Shown piece after piece: positions 29,159 to 41,572 of a DNA stretch of 64,000 nucleotides; the first letter of the stretch is position 1, and every line of letters starts with the position of its first letter. The stretch covers positions 5,122 to 69,121 of the forward strand of contig JAQWLN010000100.1 of assembly GCA_029247265.1 (NCBI GenBank), given 5' to 3'. The translations under genes and the position numbers were made by a program. Below the pieces are notes generated by a model, which ran no database searches, was not told the origin of the DNA, and saw only the letters and a list, made by a program, of their open reading frames with translations. The stretch is from Fuerstiella sp. (GTDB lineage Bacteria; Planctomycetota; Planctomycetia; Planctomycetales; Planctomycetaceae).

Positions 29159-30571
29159 ATGCCGGACGCATACAGTTCGCTGATTCTTCCCGACGTGCGG
29201 CAAATGGTCCGCGAAGACGATCGTCATGGCCTGACGGAATTCTGCAAAGTTCTGCACCCTGTCGTTGTCGTCGACATTCTTGAAGAACTTGACCCACGTG
29301 ATGTCTGGGTCGTACTCGATAACACCGACCTGCGGCTTCGTGTTGAAATCTTTGAGTACATTGCGCTGCCGCGACAGATCGAGATGGTCGCCCAGCTGGA
29401 TAAGCGGCGACTTTCGGAACTGCTGGAAGAAATGTCTCCGGACGACCGCGTCGACCTGCTTTCAAGGATGCCTCACGATCGTGTCGAAGATCTGTTGCCG
29501 CTGATTGCCCAGGCGGAACGAAATGACATTCGCCGACTGCTGTCTTACGATGAAGACAGCGCCGGGGCGATCATGACAACTGAATATGCTTCACTTCCCG
29601 CGAACATCACAGTGAACGATGCTCTGCAGCAGCTTCGTCAGCAGGCGCCCGACAGCGAAACGATTTATTACATCTACATCCTGAACACCGCTCGGAGACT
29701 TGAGGGACTGATCTCGCTGCGAGAGCTGATACTGGCCAAAACCGAGTCAGTGCTGTCCGACATCATGGAGCGGGATGTGATCCGCATGCGTGTGAATGAG
29801 GACCGCGAAGACGTGGCTCAGGAGCTCGCGAGATACAACTTCATCGCCATGCCGATTGTCGATGACGATGACCGACTGGTTGGAATCGTGACCCACGATG
29901 ATGCGATCGACGTGGTCCAGGAAGAGGCAACGGAAGACGCCTACCGACAGGGTGCCGTTGAGCCGTTGCGTGACGACTACGAGGACACACCGTTGCTGAC
30001 GATTCTGTGGAAACGCGGGGTCTGGTTGCTGGTGTTGTCGGTGGTCGCCCTGATGACAGCTGCCGTTGCCGGACATTACGAGCAGACGACTGCAGACGGC
30101 GGATCGCGAGCGGGTGATGCTCCATCCGGATTGACTCCGGCATTGATCTTTCTGTTTATCCCGCTGGTCATGGCCAGCGGCGGCAACGCAGGATCTCAAT
30201 CGGCCACACTGTTTATTCGCATGTTTGCTCTGCAGCCGGCGGATGCCGCGGTACCTGGAACCGGGTTTCACGTCAACCGGCAGCTGATTCTGCGAGAGTT
30301 TTACGTTGCCGCGTCGCTGGGCACCCTGCTTGCAACGATGGACTTTCTATTTGTGTGGCTCTGGTTCGACAAGGGCATCGATCGGTCTCTGGTGGTCGGC
30401 CTGACGGTGTTCCTGATCGTCGTTCTGGGAACAACTGCCGGCACCATGCTGCCGATTTTGTTCCGTCGACTGGGAATGGACCCGGCAATCATGTCAAATC
30501 CGTTAATCGCAGCCATCGTCGATGTCATGGGAGTTGTCATATTCTATGAAGTGGCGATCTGGCTGCTGTGA
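29159..30571 (+). CDS. mgtE: Magnesium transporter MgtE
   Basis: MgtE N-domain, CBS pair (SAGAIMTTEY; LVGIVTHDDAID), GGNAGSQ, DPAIMSNPLI..IVDV. Confidence 0.96.
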   Translation: MPDAYSSLILPDVRQMVREDDRHGLTEFCKVLHPVVVVDILEELDPRDVWVVLDNTDLRLRVEIFEYIALPRQIEMVAQLDKRRLSELLEEMSPDDRVDLLSRMPHDRVEDLLPLIAQAERNDIRRLLSYDEDSAGAIMTTEYASLPANITVNDALQQLRQQAPDSETIYYIYILNTARRLEGLISLRELILAKTESVLSDIMERDVIRMRVNEDREDVAQELARYNFIAMPIVDDDDRLVGIVTHDDAIDVVQEEATEDAYRQGAVEPLRDDYEDTPLLTILWKRGVWLLVLSVVALMTAAVAGHYEQTTADGGSRAGDAPSGLTPALIFLFIPLVMASGGNAGSQSATLFIRMFALQPADAAVPGTGFHVNRQLILREFYVAASLGTLLATMDFLFVWLWFDKGIDRSLVVGLTVFLIVVLGTTAGTMLPILFRRLGMDPAIMSNPLIAAIVDVMGVVIFYEVAIWLL

Positions 30572-30742
30572 CATAACCTGCCGACTTGTACATACTGATC
30601 ACAGCAGGTTTCGACAGACGGGTATACGGCGAACGAGCTGGAGAGCAGGAGTACAGGCTCCTCTCTGCCGGCCCGCAAACGGATCCGGGAACAGGCCTTG
30701 AAGAGCCAGGCTCCAGGATCATGAAACGTGAAGGAAGACGAC

Positions 30743-33001
30743 TTGACGTTCCTCAACCAGGCTCTTGCCTTCGGTGCTGTGGCATTTCTGATCCCGCTGA
30801 TCATCCACATCCTGAATCGCAGCAGGTTTCGCACCGTTGAATGGGGTGCGATGCACCTGCTGGAATCGGTGATCAAGGTCAATCACAAACGGTTTCACCT
30901 GGAGCAACTGATTCTGCTTTTGGTTCGATGTGCCATACCAGTGCTGCTGGCGTTGTGCCTGGCTCGTCCCGTTCTCACCGGATCGCGGTTACTGGAAGGC
31001 GATGCTCCCGTTTCGGTCGTCGTGCTGCTGGATAACAGCTACTCGATGGACGTGGTTGGCCGGACAGGTTCTCGATTTGAGAACGCGATTGACGCCGCGT
31101 GTGCGATTATCGGCGCGACCAGTCGAGGATCTGAAGTCGCCGTAATTCAAACGGGAGGGCGGCCCACTCCGTTGTTTGATCAGCCGGTGTTTGATCCGGA
31201 AGCGGTGGTCAGAAGGTTGAAGCAGCTGCAGGCCGGCTATGGGGCCAGCGATATGCAGTCAGCACTGGACGAAGCATTGACAACGTTGTCCGACATGTCG
31301 AACTCTCGACGAGAGCTGATTGTTATCAGTGATTTTCAATCCGCCGACTGGGACGTTGCTGGTACTGACGTCGCGGATTCAATTCGTCAGCAGGCGGATG
31401 CCATGGACATTAAGCCCGTGTTGACACTACTGCCGATCGGTGAATCAGCCAGCGGCAATATCTCCGTTGATTCCCTCGACTTTCCCGCACGCGCATTAGG
31501 AGTTGGTCATCGCCTGGATGTCCGAGCCAACCTGCGAAACCACAGTTCCATCGCACAGGACACTGCTCGAGTAATCATGCGCATTGACGGCGCCGAACAT
31601 CTGGTGTCTCAGGTTGCGCTGACACCGAACGGCAGTACGCAGACATTATTTCCCTGTACCTTTGATTCGCCGGGCTCGCACGTCATGGAAGTCGAAGTCG
31701 TGACCGATGATCCACTGGTGACCGACAATCGTTTCGCCGCTGCCGTTACGGTTTGGGACAGCATCAACGTGCTGCTGGTCGATGGCGATCCCAGTTCTCA
31801 GCCGTTGCAGAGTGAAACAGACTTTCTTTCTGTAGCGCTGACGCCGTACACGTTTGGTCGGGTTCGCCTGTCTGACCTTGTAGAAACGCAGACGGTTACC
31901 GTCAAAGACTTTGGGGAGGATCTGCTGAAAACAGCGCGGGTCGTGGTCCTGGCCAATGTCTCAAAACTTGACGATGCTCAGTTGGAGGCGTTATCCGTTT
32001 TCGTTCATAATGGAGGAGCGCTGCTGGTCTGCGCCGGCAATCGCATTGACCTGAACTGGTATCGCGAACATATGTTTTCCGGCGGAACAGGACTACTTCC
32101 ACTGGCTTTTGGTTCGCCGCGCGGACAGATCGACGACAAGGGAAAGAGTGCTCGTGTCGTCGCGCAGCATTTTGATCATCCCGCACTGGAGTTTTTTAAC
32201 GAAGCAGCGAATGGTGATTTGTCGACAGCAGAAATTCGTCAGTGGTATGAGCTCGTGGATGAATCATCCGACGGTGATGACGTGAAAGGCAATCCCGGTC
32301 ATGAGAGGGACGTCATTGTGATGGCTCGGCTGGACACGGGCGATCCACTGCTGGTGGAACGCCGTCTTGGTGATGGAGTCGTTGTGCAGATGTCGACGGC
32401 CTGCGATGCAGACTGGTCTGACGTGCCAATGCGTCCATTCTTTGTGCCGCTGGTTCAGCAGCTGATCACGACCATGGCTTCGCAAATATCGCCGCCAAGA
32501 AATATCGCCACGGGTGAACCGGCCGTGGCTTTATTCGCACACGCTGCCATTTCTTCTGTACCCAACAACAACGTTTCTGCCTCTGAGGCGGCCATTGAAG
32601 ACGCGGACGGCAGCGATGGCGCGACGTTGTCAGTTGTTACACCTGACGGTTCCCGCCAAACATTGTCGTCCCTGCCTCAGGGGACAATGCGACTCGCACG
32701 TTTTGATGGCACGCAGCGGCCGGGCATTTACACCATGACCACCCCTTCGTCTGATGCGATTCATTTTGTGGCGGAAACTTCCCGCAGTGAATCTGAACTG
32801 GACGTTCTGGATGATCCGCGGCTGACCACACTCGGCAAAAACATGGGAGCCGAAGTCGTGAAATCACCTGCTCAGTATCTGGACCGGGATCGACTGCGTC
32901 GACATGGTCAGGAGATCTGGCGGTACGTGCTGACGGCCCTGCTGGCATTCATGTTCCTGGAACTTGTGTTGCAACAGCGCTTCGCGAGGGTCCGGACATG
33001 A
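30743..33001 (+). CDS. BatA-domain/vWA membrane protein
   Basis: Probable TTG start (LTFLNQ...IPLIIHILNR...WGAMHLL...LLLVRC: BatA double-TM); MIDAS DNSYSM; IVISDFQ; Ig-like and GATase-like regions; C-terminal TM. Confidence 0.9.
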   Translation: MTFLNQALAFGAVAFLIPLIIHILNRSRFRTVEWGAMHLLESVIKVNHKRFHLEQLILLLVRCAIPVLLALCLARPVLTGSRLLEGDAPVSVVVLLDNSYSMDVVGRTGSRFENAIDAACAIIGATSRGSEVAVIQTGGRPTPLFDQPVFDPEAVVRRLKQLQAGYGASDMQSALDEALTTLSDMSNSRRELIVISDFQSADWDVAGTDVADSIRQQADAMDIKPVLTLLPIGESASGNISVDSLDFPARALGVGHRLDVRANLRNHSSIAQDTARVIMRIDGAEHLVSQVALTPNGSTQTLFPCTFDSPGSHVMEVEVVTDDPLVTDNRFAAAVTVWDSINVLLVDGDPSSQPLQSETDFLSVALTPYTFGRVRLSDLVETQTVTVKDFGEDLLKTARVVVLANVSKLDDAQLEALSVFVHNGGALLVCAGNRIDLNWYREHMFSGGTGLLPLAFGSPRGQIDDKGKSARVVAQHFDHPALEFFNEAANGDLSTAEIRQWYELVDESSDGDDVKGNPGHERDVIVMARLDTGDPLLVERRLGDGVVVQMSTACDADWSDVPMRPFFVPLVQQLITTMASQISPPRNIATGEPAVALFAHAAISSVPNNNVSASEAAIEDADGSDGATLSVVTPDGSRQTLSSLPQGTMRLARFDGTQRPGIYTMTTPSSDAIHFVAETSRSESELDVLDDPRLTTLGKNMGAEVVKSPAQYLDRDRLRRHGQEIWRYVLTALLAFMFLELVLQQRFARVRT

Positions 33002-35835
33002 CCAGTCTGCGTTTTGTCGGCGATCTTTCACTGTGGCTGGGGCTGCTTCTGGCCCTGCTGGTCGCGGTTATGTCCTGGCGTTATTACCACCGGGAGAGCT
33101 TTGATCTGCCTGCACGGCTAAGGTGGTTGTTGCCGTTGCTGCGATCCGTTGCATTCTTTCTGGGCGTGATCATTCTGACCGGCCCGGTGCTGCATCATCG
33201 CACCATCATCGGCGAACTTGGGCGAGTGAAAATCTATATGGATGGTTCCAACAGCATGACGATGCTCGACACACATATGTCGACCGGTCGTAAGCTGCTG
33301 GCAGCGGAGCAGTTCGGCTGGCTGAGTGCCGGCAAAGTGGATAACACCTTATTGCTGCTGTCCGACGAGCTTGCCAGCGCACGTGGGGAATTCGTGGAAC
33401 AGTTGACGGCAGCGAAGGGCCATGACTCCAGTGTGGCTGATGAAACGAAGGAGCAGGCCGGTCAGCCTGAGGCCGACTCGGTCGCTGCTGACACAACGCA
33501 GTCAGCAAAGGCTGCTTTCCTTGCCAGGCTCAGGGATGTACAGTCAGGTCTGCCGAAGACTTTTGCACAACGTTTGGCGAATGAGGTCATTCAACCCGTC
33601 GAGGCGATCGATGATGCCGATGTGACAACGACAATCGCGCAGTTAACAGCTCTGGCGGTGACATGTGAGTCCATCGAAGCAGGCGTACGCAGAGCATTTG
33701 ACGGCGCAGTTGCGGAAGTTTTGAATTCCGGCGATGAGTCCATTCGGTCGGCATTGACGATGTTCGATGAAACACCACGGTGGCGCCGCGCGGAACTTGG
33801 CCTTGCCAACTCTGCAGCGGACGTGCTGGCGACACTTCGGGAAACGCACGATGTCGAACTGTTTACTCTGTCCGGCGGTGAAGCTGTTCCCAATCATGCG
33901 TCAGGGCAGGATTCCAGCCTGCCTGCGCAGAAAGAAACCCGGGGCCACGATCGTGATGTGTCGGACGCAGTGCCTTCCCCCTTCGCGTCGCTCACGGACC
34001 TGAGCAGCGGCATTACGTCGACTCAGAAAGCCGTTGCGTCGGCCGACAGCGTGAACGGCGATGCTGCACCACAGCCGCAAACGGCGATCGTGCTGTTCAC
34101 AGACGGTCAGCACAACTCCGGCCCGTCTCCGCTGCAATCAGCCAGAATTCTCGGTCGTCAGGGTGTTACCTTTTACACGGTGTCCATGGGCGCCGCGCAA
34201 CAGGCGGCGGATCTGGCCGTCGTGGGACTGGAACACCCGGAAATGGTGTTCCAGAAGGACGGTGTTCGAGGTGTCATGATCGTCCGTGATCGTATGCCCG
34301 TTGGTGAACCGTATATTGCCAGGATCAGCTACGAAGACGAAGTTCTGTGGCAGCAGCAACTGGTGACTCAGTCTGTCGGCGAAGTTCGCGTCGAATTTGA
34401 ATTTTCCATTGACGAACTGATCGAACGTCTGGGAAGTCAGTTCGTTGCGGACGTGAAACAGCACACGTTGCCGCTGGCGTTCGAAGCATCCATTGCTCCG
34501 CTTCCGGGAGAGTCAGAAACGTCCAACAATCAGCGTACGCTGCGACTGGCCGCCATTACGCAAAGTTACAAAATGCTGATCCTTGACGGACGGCCACGCT
34601 GGGAGACTCGGTATCTTCGGAACGTATTCGAACGCGACCAGCAATGGCATGTCGACACTGTGATTGCGGGCCCGGGTACAGACTCTGCCGTACTGCCTCG
34701 AGGTGATGCGAACGATCAATTACCCACGACTCGCGATCAACTGTTCGAATACGACCTTGTCATATTCGGGGAGGTTTCTGCGGAACTGCTGGCCGATCAC
34801 GAGTATCAGTGGCTGCGCGAGTTCGTCGGGATTCGTGGTGGAGGAATGGTTTTTGTCGATGGCCAGCGTGGCCGACTGCGACAGTTGACCGAACAAAACC
34901 TCGCCACTCTGCTGCCTGTGGAATGGCTTCCCGATGCGATCGCTTCCAAACCGACATCGCTGCAATTGACGAACACGGGCGCTGTGGAAAGTGCTTTGCA
35001 GTTGGCGGTCGACGATCAGCAAAATCGTCGCTTCTGGACAGAGCTGCCACCGCCACACACGCTGGTTACGGTGGCAGCGCTGCCAGGTGCGGAAGTCCTG
35101 GTTGAAGTCAACGTCGATGGACGACAACGGCCCGCCATGGTGACTCGATCATACGGTGCTGGACGTGTTCTTTATCAGGCCTTCGATGAAACATGGCGTT
35201 GGCGCTACAAGGCCGCTGACATTTATCACCAACGGATCTGGAATCAGCTGGCCAGGTTTGTGATGCCGCGGCCGTTTGCCGTCAGTGATAAGTATGTTTC
35301 GGTCGACAGTGGATCCGTCAGTTATGATTTTGGTGAATCCGTCGACATTCGCGTACGGTTGATGGGACTCGACGGAAAGCCGGCAGTCAGGGCGACGGCC
35401 GACGCCCTGGTGTGGCAGGACGGTCAGATCATCTCAACGGTCAGTCTGACGGCAGACCCGGAAGTGCCCGGGATCTACCGCAGCCGCACCGGTGCACTTT
35501 CGGGGGGCGAGTACGAGGTCTCCGTCCGGGCCGCCGGTTACAGTGAATCCGTATTGAAAGCACGCAGTCGGTTCGTGGTGCTGCCTTCGGAATCCGGTGA
35601 AATGGAACAGACGGTTGCTGACGAAAATCTGTTGAAACAGATGGCTGCAGCCTCGGGTGGTAAATATCTTCGCGAAGAACAACTGAGCAGACTGCCTGAA
35701 CTGCTCAGCCCCCTCAGCAGTGGGCGAGTGGTCGAATCTGACACTTTAATCTGGCAAAGCTATTGGTGGTTTGCAGCGGTCGTTATCCTGTTAACTGTGG
35801 AATGGATGCTTCGGAAACGTGCGGGGTTGTTGTGA
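32998..35835 (+). CDS. vWA plus glutamine-amidotransferase-like membrane protein
   Basis: N-terminal TMs; MIDAS DGSNSM; TDL; LFTDGQHN; LILDGRPRWETRYLRN; FDETWRWR; C-terminal TM WWFAAVVILLTVEWMLRKRAGL; ATGA overlap with the upstream gene. Confidence 0.88.
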   Translation: MTSLRFVGDLSLWLGLLLALLVAVMSWRYYHRESFDLPARLRWLLPLLRSVAFFLGVIILTGPVLHHRTIIGELGRVKIYMDGSNSMTMLDTHMSTGRKLLAAEQFGWLSAGKVDNTLLLLSDELASARGEFVEQLTAAKGHDSSVADETKEQAGQPEADSVAADTTQSAKAAFLARLRDVQSGLPKTFAQRLANEVIQPVEAIDDADVTTTIAQLTALAVTCESIEAGVRRAFDGAVAEVLNSGDESIRSALTMFDETPRWRRAELGLANSAADVLATLRETHDVELFTLSGGEAVPNHASGQDSSLPAQKETRGHDRDVSDAVPSPFASLTDLSSGITSTQKAVASADSVNGDAAPQPQTAIVLFTDGQHNSGPSPLQSARILGRQGVTFYTVSMGAAQQAADLAVVGLEHPEMVFQKDGVRGVMIVRDRMPVGEPYIARISYEDEVLWQQQLVTQSVGEVRVEFEFSIDELIERLGSQFVADVKQHTLPLAFEASIAPLPGESETSNNQRTLRLAAITQSYKMLILDGRPRWETRYLRNVFERDQQWHVDTVIAGPGTDSAVLPRGDANDQLPTTRDQLFEYDLVIFGEVSAELLADHEYQWLREFVGIRGGGMVFVDGQRGRLRQLTEQNLATLLPVEWLPDAIASKPTSLQLTNTGAVESALQLAVDDQQNRRFWTELPPPHTLVTVAALPGAEVLVEVNVDGRQRPAMVTRSYGAGRVLYQAFDETWRWRYKAADIYHQRIWNQLARFVMPRPFAVSDKYVSVDSGSVSYDFGESVDIRVRLMGLDGKPAVRATADALVWQDGQIISTVSLTADPEVPGIYRSRTGALSGGEYEVSVRAAGYSESVLKARSRFVVLPSESGEMEQTVADENLLKQMAAASGGKYLREEQLSRLPELLSPLSSGRVVESDTLIWQSYWWFAAVVILLTVEWMLRKRAGLL

Positions 35836-38800
35836 TGAACAATATTCCAATGAGCGTTGGCCTTGATCCGGTCGTGGCCGCTAAGTTGCGACAGTTCGGT
35901 CGTCGGCGATTACGATTGATTGTTGCCAGAGGAATTTGCGCCGGCATTGTCAGCCTGCTGCTGTGTGTGGCACTGGTGGCACTGATCGACTGGTACTGGC
36001 TGCTGAGCGACAATGCGCGCTGGTGTCTGAGCGGTGCCGCCTATCTGACGGTCGTCGCCACGGTGTGGATGACGTGTCTGCGTCGCATGATGCACGTACC
36101 GGCAAACGAAGAAATCGCCACCCAGGTCGAACAGGCCGAACCGGAACTGCGTGAAAATCTGCTGTCGGCCGTGGAACTGGCGTCTGACGATCCGTCCAGT
36201 CTGCACGATTCGCCAGTCTTCCGAAGTCTGCTGCAGGGCAGGGTTGCCGGACAAATGGGGCAGATTCGAGTTCCCAACCTGTTGCCGTTCAGGTTGGTCG
36301 CCAGGTGGGTTGTTGCCGCAACGGTGTTGGTTGTCGTGGCGGCAATGTTGTTGTCGTCCAGCAATCCGCGATTGCGTCAGCTGGCTGCTCGGGCCATGTT
36401 GCCGGGCGCGAATATCGCTCGCGTATCGCGCATCCAGGTGGAAGTGCTGCAACCGACACCACATTCACTGACACTGGCGGAAGACGAAACCGTAGCCGTT
36501 GTTGTTGAAGTGACGGGCGGAAGTGTGGACGACGTGACGCTGGAAACGTTTACACCGAAGCAGGGGGCCGTGCGTCAAGCGATGCGAGGCCGCACCGACA
36601 TTGAATTCGCGTGCAATATTCATGTGGCGGATGAATCGGTGGAGTACCGCATTCTGGCAGGCGATGCAATCACGCGACGGTTTCGAATCGAGTCACGACC
36701 TCGTCCACGTGTGACAGCTTTCCACAAAACATATCAGTACCCGGAATATTCTCAGCTGCCTGAAGAAACCGTCACAGAAACTCACGGCGATCTGCTTGTA
36801 CTGGAAGGCACAACCACGGAGCTGGTGTTAAGACTGGATCAGCAGGTTTCCAAGGCGGAGTTGAGAATTGATGCATCCGGTTCCGACCAGATGCAGACGA
36901 TTCCCCTTGTTCCCGCAGGACAGGCGTTTCAGTCCGACACCGACGAAGGCAGCGCAGACTCTGAAGAGCCAGGGTTGTTCTGGAAAGCAACGGTTCCGGT
37001 TCACGAAGCAGCCATCTACAAGGTCCATCTGGTTTCGAAAGAAACGGGCTTCGAGAATTTCTTCAGCCCGAAGTATGAAATCCGGCCACAGCCGGACCTG
37101 ATTCCGCGAGCAGGATTTGTGGACCAAAAGGAATCGACATTGTTGCTGCCTCCGAATGATATTCTGGCATTACAGGCCATGGCGGAAGACGACCTGCCGC
37201 TGGTCAGTCTTGAGCAACACATATCGGTCAACGGGCGTGAGTGGGAAGCTTTGCCGCTGCAGCCGGAACCGTCCGCAGACGACGGAGGTCGTCACGTGAC
37301 AGCGTCGTGGCAGTGGGATCTGCTGGTACATGAACTGAAAACCGGTGACCAGGTGACCACGAAGCTGGTTGCCACCGATCGCAAGGGCAACGCGGGCGAA
37401 TCCGTTCCGCTGAGGATCATCGTGTCGGCTCCGGAGTTCGATCCCGATCGACATGCCATCATGGAAGTCAAGGTCGGGCTTTTTGATCAGTTGTCCGATT
37501 TTTCCGAACTGCTTGCTGAGCACAAGACGTCGGCATTGGAGGTAATCGAACGACTTCGTCAGCCGGAACGCACTGATGCTGAAAAGGCGCTCGACCGCAC
37601 AACGCTTGTCGATCTGGCATCAAAGCAGCGCGAACACGCCGGCTTGCTGCTGGATGAAATCAGGAATGTCGAACGCCGGATGCCGGCGGGCGCCGATGCC
37701 TCGGATCTCGAATTGACGGGGCAGGTGGTCGCCCGCTTACAGCACGAACATGCCAACGTTCCGGGCTGGCTTTTGAAAGCGCTGCAGCATACCGACGACG
37801 CGAAGGTAATAAAAACCGACCTTGATCAGTTGAAGAAAAACTTTGAACGCACGGCTGATGACGCAAAAAATGTTTCCGGCCATTACCAGCACCTGATGGC
37901 GCACAACTTTCTGTCGTCCGTGGCCTTCGACATGGATGCATTGCTGACACAGCAGCGGCTGGTGGTCGGTAGCCCGACTCAAACATGGGAACGACTTGTC
38001 CGCCAGGAAACGATTGTCACAAATCAACTGCGATTGCTGGAAGGCCTTATTCATGATCATCGGCGGCAATTATCCAGCGGTATCGATGCTCAGATGCGCA
38101 GCCTGCTTGGCTGGTCGGAGTCGTATCGGCAGCGACTCCAGGATTCGATGGAATCCGAAGAGAAACTGAAGGATTTGCAGCGTGCGTCTCAGGACTTTTT
38201 ACGGCAGCTTGAACAGAAGCAGCGGTATGACGTCGTCGATGGAGGTCTGCCCAATCGGCTTATCGGTGCGCGTCGGGACTTCGTCTACCGCAGCGGTAGT
38301 CTGTATCTGCCGGTCTGCGAGATGGCGCGAGCAATGCAGCAGGAAAACAAGATTGCTGCACAGGCAAGTGAGTCGCAGGATTCAGGTGAAAGTCGCAAAC
38401 TGCTTGAGCAGGCCGAACGATTCGTGGCAGAAATCGACCTGAAGCACCGTCACAGCATTAGTCAGCTGCGGACTCGTCGCGAATTGACTCAGACACGTCG
38501 AGATTCGGATTCACAGTACGCCGCCGACTCGGGATTGACTCATCGAGCGGTGACATCCTTACTGAATCAGCATCGTACAGTTGCACCGCAGGATTCCGAA
38601 ATCCCCGACCACCTGCTTGAGATAGCTCCGGCCTATCGCACGCTGGAAGCCGGGCATGAGCTTATCCTTGCGCGTGATGTGTTGAAATCGTTGTTGAACA
38701 TGGAACGCTGGGGTTCACAGCAGATTCATTCTCACATCGATCATCCACGGCAGTGGGACGTCGTTCAAAGCGGGTTTGAGCTGGCTGTACAGCGACTTCG

Positions 38801-41567
38801 AGAAGCTCGCGTTGACAACGAACTGGTCGCGAAACTGGATCAGCTGCGATCGTCGGCCGCCGTACGGGATGCGCAACGTAAGATTACCGCACGTCGCTCG
38901 AAACGAGACGCGATGATCGGAGCGGGTCATGAACTGGTCGAAATACGAGATGATCTGGCGATTGTCGTTGAGGAACTTAAACCGACGATGGCCGAGGCTC
39001 GCGCGATCATCGCGAAATACGCGCCCACGATTCCACAAATGGCTCAGCAGGCTGCGGAGCAGCTCCGCCAGATGGAAGAAGCGACAACAGATGTGGCCGA
39101 TGCTGTGGAACAGCCGGAGTCCTCCGTTACGGAAAGTCCTTTATCCGAACTGCAGCAGCAGCAGGAAACCATCAATCACCAGATCGAAGATCTGTTTGAG
39201 GCGCTTGTGGAAGATGCAAATTCACAGGATCTGCTGGACGACGAACAGCGCGAACGAGCGCGCGACGCTGATGACAGCATCGCCATGATTCAGGAACCGG
39301 CAGAGCGCATGAATCGCGCTCTGGGGCAGGCACAGGAAAGTGACTTCGGCGAACAGCAGGCACAGGAGCTGGCCCAGGCGGCAGAACAGCAGGAACAGAC
39401 TGCTCAGGCGCTGGAAATGGTCGCTGAGCATTTTGAACGTCTGGACGAAGGCGTGGACGTTGCTGAGTCTCGAGCCGAGCTGCGACAGGCGGAACAGGAA
39501 CTTGGGATTGCTCGGCAGATGGATCAGCGGTTTGAGAATGCTGAACAGCTTGCTCAAACAGCCAGCCAGGAAGCAGAGCAGCTGATGGCAGAACTCGAAG
39601 CTGAGCTGGCGCGCAATCCAGCCATGCAGCAGGCATTGTCCGAGATTTCAGAGAGCGCACTCCAGGAAGCTCAGAATGCCCTCGAATTCGCCGCACAGGA
39701 CGACCAGAATCTGCAGAAAGCCAACGAACAATCGGACAGGCAGTTTCAACAGAAGAAGAAGGAACTGGCGGACGATCTGCGGAAGATGGCCGCCGAAGCG
39801 ACCAATCTCTCCAGAGCACTGTTGACGCAAGCCAATCAGTCTGCTGCTCGAGGCAAGACGCCGGAGGCTCAGAAAAAATTCGCGGAAACTCAGCAGAAGC
39901 TCAACGCTGCCGCAGCCAAAGCCAACACGGCTCGTCACGATCAGATGCTGGCCGATCTCGCCGAGACGGCAGAGGAAGCAAAGTCTGCCCTGGCTGAAGC
40001 GACGGAAACTCTGAAACAGGCAAAACAACAATCGGCCACCGGCAAGGACGAAAAAATTCATGCGGACGACAAGGCGCGGGACGCGGCAAAGAAAGATTCC
40101 GAGAAACGTCGTCAGCAGTTTCACGAGCAGCAGAAAAAAGCGGCGCGTGATGTGGCCAAGCGAGCTGACGATGCCAAACGCAAAGCCGACCAGAATGTTA
40201 AAAATGCCGAGAATCAGGTCAAGGCTGCCGATCGTCGAGTGCAGCAGGCGGAGAAGAATCTGAAAGGCAAACCTGAGGACGCAGGGCGGAAGCGAAACCT
40301 CGACCGGGAAGAAACACGCAAGACAGCGGAAGAACAGAAAGTCGCGGCCGCCAAAGAGCTGCAACAGAACGCGGACCAGCTGGCGAAGCAGGCTCGTCAG
40401 AAATCTGACGAAGTTAATGCCAAGCCGCTCCCGGCATTGAACGCGGCCAATCCGGCCACAGAGCTGGCTGAACAGTATGCAGGTGAAGCCATTAAGGTCG
40501 CGGAAGAACTCAATCGCAGGGCCGAGGAAATCGCGGCGCGAACGGACTTCGGCCAGGAACTGACGCCGTCGAAGAATCAGCTGGCGGCTGCGGAGCAACA
40601 ACAACACGAAGTGACTCAGGACGTTCAGCACGCTGCCGAAGATGTTGCTCGTGCGGCTCGTCACGAACGCCGACTCAACAACACGGCTGCAGTTGAACCG
40701 TTGCAGAACGCTGCTCAGAACATTCAACAGGTGGCGAACAACGAATCCACTGGTGCGGAACGGAAACTGGACAGCGCCACCGCCGAAGCCGAACAGGGAG
40801 AAGCTGACGCACAGGGGGACCAGCCGCCGCCCAATGCAGCAGCACTGCAGGCTCAGGAAGCGATCGCGACAGCTGAAACCGCGATTGCCAGGCAGGCTGA
40901 ACAGCTGTCAGGAGTCGTTGAGCCGATGCTGGCCGCCGCAGAAGCCGCAGCGAACGCGCAGTCGGAGCAGGGCAATCAGCCCGCCGGAAGTGAGCAGCGA
41001 CCTCAGGCTGCTGCCAGTGGTGAACAGGCCAATGCTCAGGCAACAACAGATTCGCCGGCGCAGGGGCAGCAACCGCCTGCGGCCGGACAGCCTGCTGGTG
41101 GCCAGCCGACACCCGCTTCATTTACTCCTGAAGAGATGGCTCAGGCACAGCAGTTCGCCCGCACGCTGGATGAACTGGACCGACAGCAGGCCGCTGCTGC
41201 CATGGCAAATGAAGCGCCATCTCAGCAGAGTCAGCCCGGGCAACTGAACCTCGATACGCTCGCTCAGGCGGCTCAGTCGCAGCAGGCGACGATGTCAGCG
41301 CAACGGGCTCAGGCGCAGCAGCAGGCTGCTTTGGCACTCGGCGAAGGAGGAACAGAGTCCGCCGATAATCCTTCGGCCACTGGCGCCCTGGCCGATTTTG
41401 AGGTTGTCGGCATCAACCGTGATGAAAACACGGAATGGGGAAAGTTGCGAGGAAAGTCGGCCGAGGATCTGACCACGGGGAGATCCGAAGCCGTGTCAGA
41501 GGAATATCGTAAGAGCGTGGAAACGTATTTCCGTGTTCTGGCCGAACGAGCCCGGAAGAAGAGGTAA
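35835..41567 (+). CDS. Very large membrane-anchored coiled-coil protein (DUF4175-like)
   Basis: Three N-terminal hydrophobic segments; [10 protein letters not shown]; Ig-like P.YS region; >1000 aa of Q/E/A-rich heptads; C-terminal WGKL...[14 protein letters not shown]; TGATG coupling. Confidence 0.85.
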   Translation: MNNIPMSVGLDPVVAAKLRQFGRRRLRLIVARGICAGIVSLLLCVALVALIDWYWLLSDNARWCLSGAAYLTVVATVWMTCLRRMMHVPANEEIATQVEQAEPELRENLLSAVELASDDPSSLHDSPVFRSLLQGRVAGQMGQIRVPNLLPFRLVARWVVAATVLVVVAAMLLSSSNPRLRQLAARAMLPGANIARVSRIQVEVLQPTPHSLTLAEDETVAVVVEVTGGSVDDVTLETFTPKQGAVRQAMRGRTDIEFACNIHVADESVEYRILAGDAITRRFRIESRPRPRVTAFHKTYQYPEYSQLPEETVTETHGDLLVLEGTTTELVLRLDQQVSKAELRIDASGSDQMQTIPLVPAGQAFQSDTDEGSADSEEPGLFWKATVPVHEAAIYKVHLVSKETGFENFFSPKYEIRPQPDLIPRAGFVDQKESTLLLPPNDILALQAMAEDDLPLVSLEQHISVNGREWEALPLQPEPSADDGGRHVTASWQWDLLVHELKTGDQVTTKLVATDRKGNAGESVPLRIIVSAPEFDPDRHAIMEVKVGLFDQLSDFSELLAEHKTSALEVIERLRQPERTDAEKALDRTTLVDLASKQREHAGLLLDEIRNVERRMPAGADASDLELTGQVVARLQHEHANVPGWLLKALQHTDDAKVIKTDLDQLKKNFERTADDAKNVSGHYQHLMAHNFLSSVAFDMDALLTQQRLVVGSPTQTWERLVRQETIVTNQLRLLEGLIHDHRRQLSSGIDAQMRSLLGWSESYRQRLQDSMESEEKLKDLQRASQDFLRQLEQKQRYDVVDGGLPNRLIGARRDFVYRSGSLYLPVCEMARAMQQENKIAAQASESQDSGESRKLLEQAERFVAEIDLKHRHSISQLRTRRELTQTRRDSDSQYAADSGLTHRAVTSLLNQHRTVAPQDSEIPDHLLEIAPAYRTLEAGHELILARDVLKSLLNMERWGSQQIHSHIDHPRQWDVVQSGFELAVQRLREARVDNELVAKLDQLRSSAAVRDAQRKITARRSKRDAMIGAGHELVEIRDDLAIVVEELKPTMAEARAIIAKYAPTIPQMAQQAAEQLRQMEEATTDVADAVEQPESSVTESPLSELQQQQETINHQIEDLFEALVEDANSQDLLDDEQRERARDADDSIAMIQEPAERMNRALGQAQESDFGEQQAQELAQAAEQQEQTAQALEMVAEHFERLDEGVDVAESRAELRQAEQELGIARQMDQRFENAEQLAQTASQEAEQLMAELEAELARNPAMQQALSEISESALQEAQNALEFAAQDDQNLQKANEQSDRQFQQKKKELADDLRKMAAEATNLSRALLTQANQSAARGKTPEAQKKFAETQQKLNAAAAKANTARHDQMLADLAETAEEAKSALAEATETLKQAKQQSATGKDEKIHADDKARDAAKKDSEKRRQQFHEQQKKAARDVAKRADDAKRKADQNVKNAENQVKAADRRVQQAEKNLKGKPEDAGRKRNLDREETRKTAEEQKVAAAKELQQNADQLAKQARQKSDEVNAKPLPALNAANPATELAEQYAGEAIKVAEELNRRAEEIAARTDFGQELTPSKNQLAAAEQQQHEVTQDVQHAAEDVARAARHERRLNNTAAVEPLQNAAQNIQQVANNESTGAERKLDSATAEAEQGEADAQGDQPPPNAAALQAQEAIATAETAIARQAEQLSGVVEPMLAAAEAAANAQSEQGNQPAGSEQRPQAAASGEQANAQATTDSPAQGQQPPAAGQPAGGQPTPASFTPEEMAQAQQFARTLDELDRQQAAAAMANEAPSQQSQPGQLNLDTLAQAAQSQQATMSAQRAQAQQQAALALGEGGTESADNPSATGALADFEVVGINRDENTEWGKLRGKSAEDLTTGRSEAVSEEYRKSVETYFRVLAERARKKR

Positions 41568-41572
41568 CGCAG

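Noticed and set aside
30586-30742. Possible DUF58/MoxR relic upstream of the BatA gene
   Set aside because: The two plus-strand frames I translated and the BatA frame showed no DUF58- or MoxR-like motif.
35835-41567. Giant coiled-coil protein as SMC or phage tape measure
   Set aside because: No Walker A/B motifs and no phage genes; it is membrane-anchored in a BatA/vWA operon.
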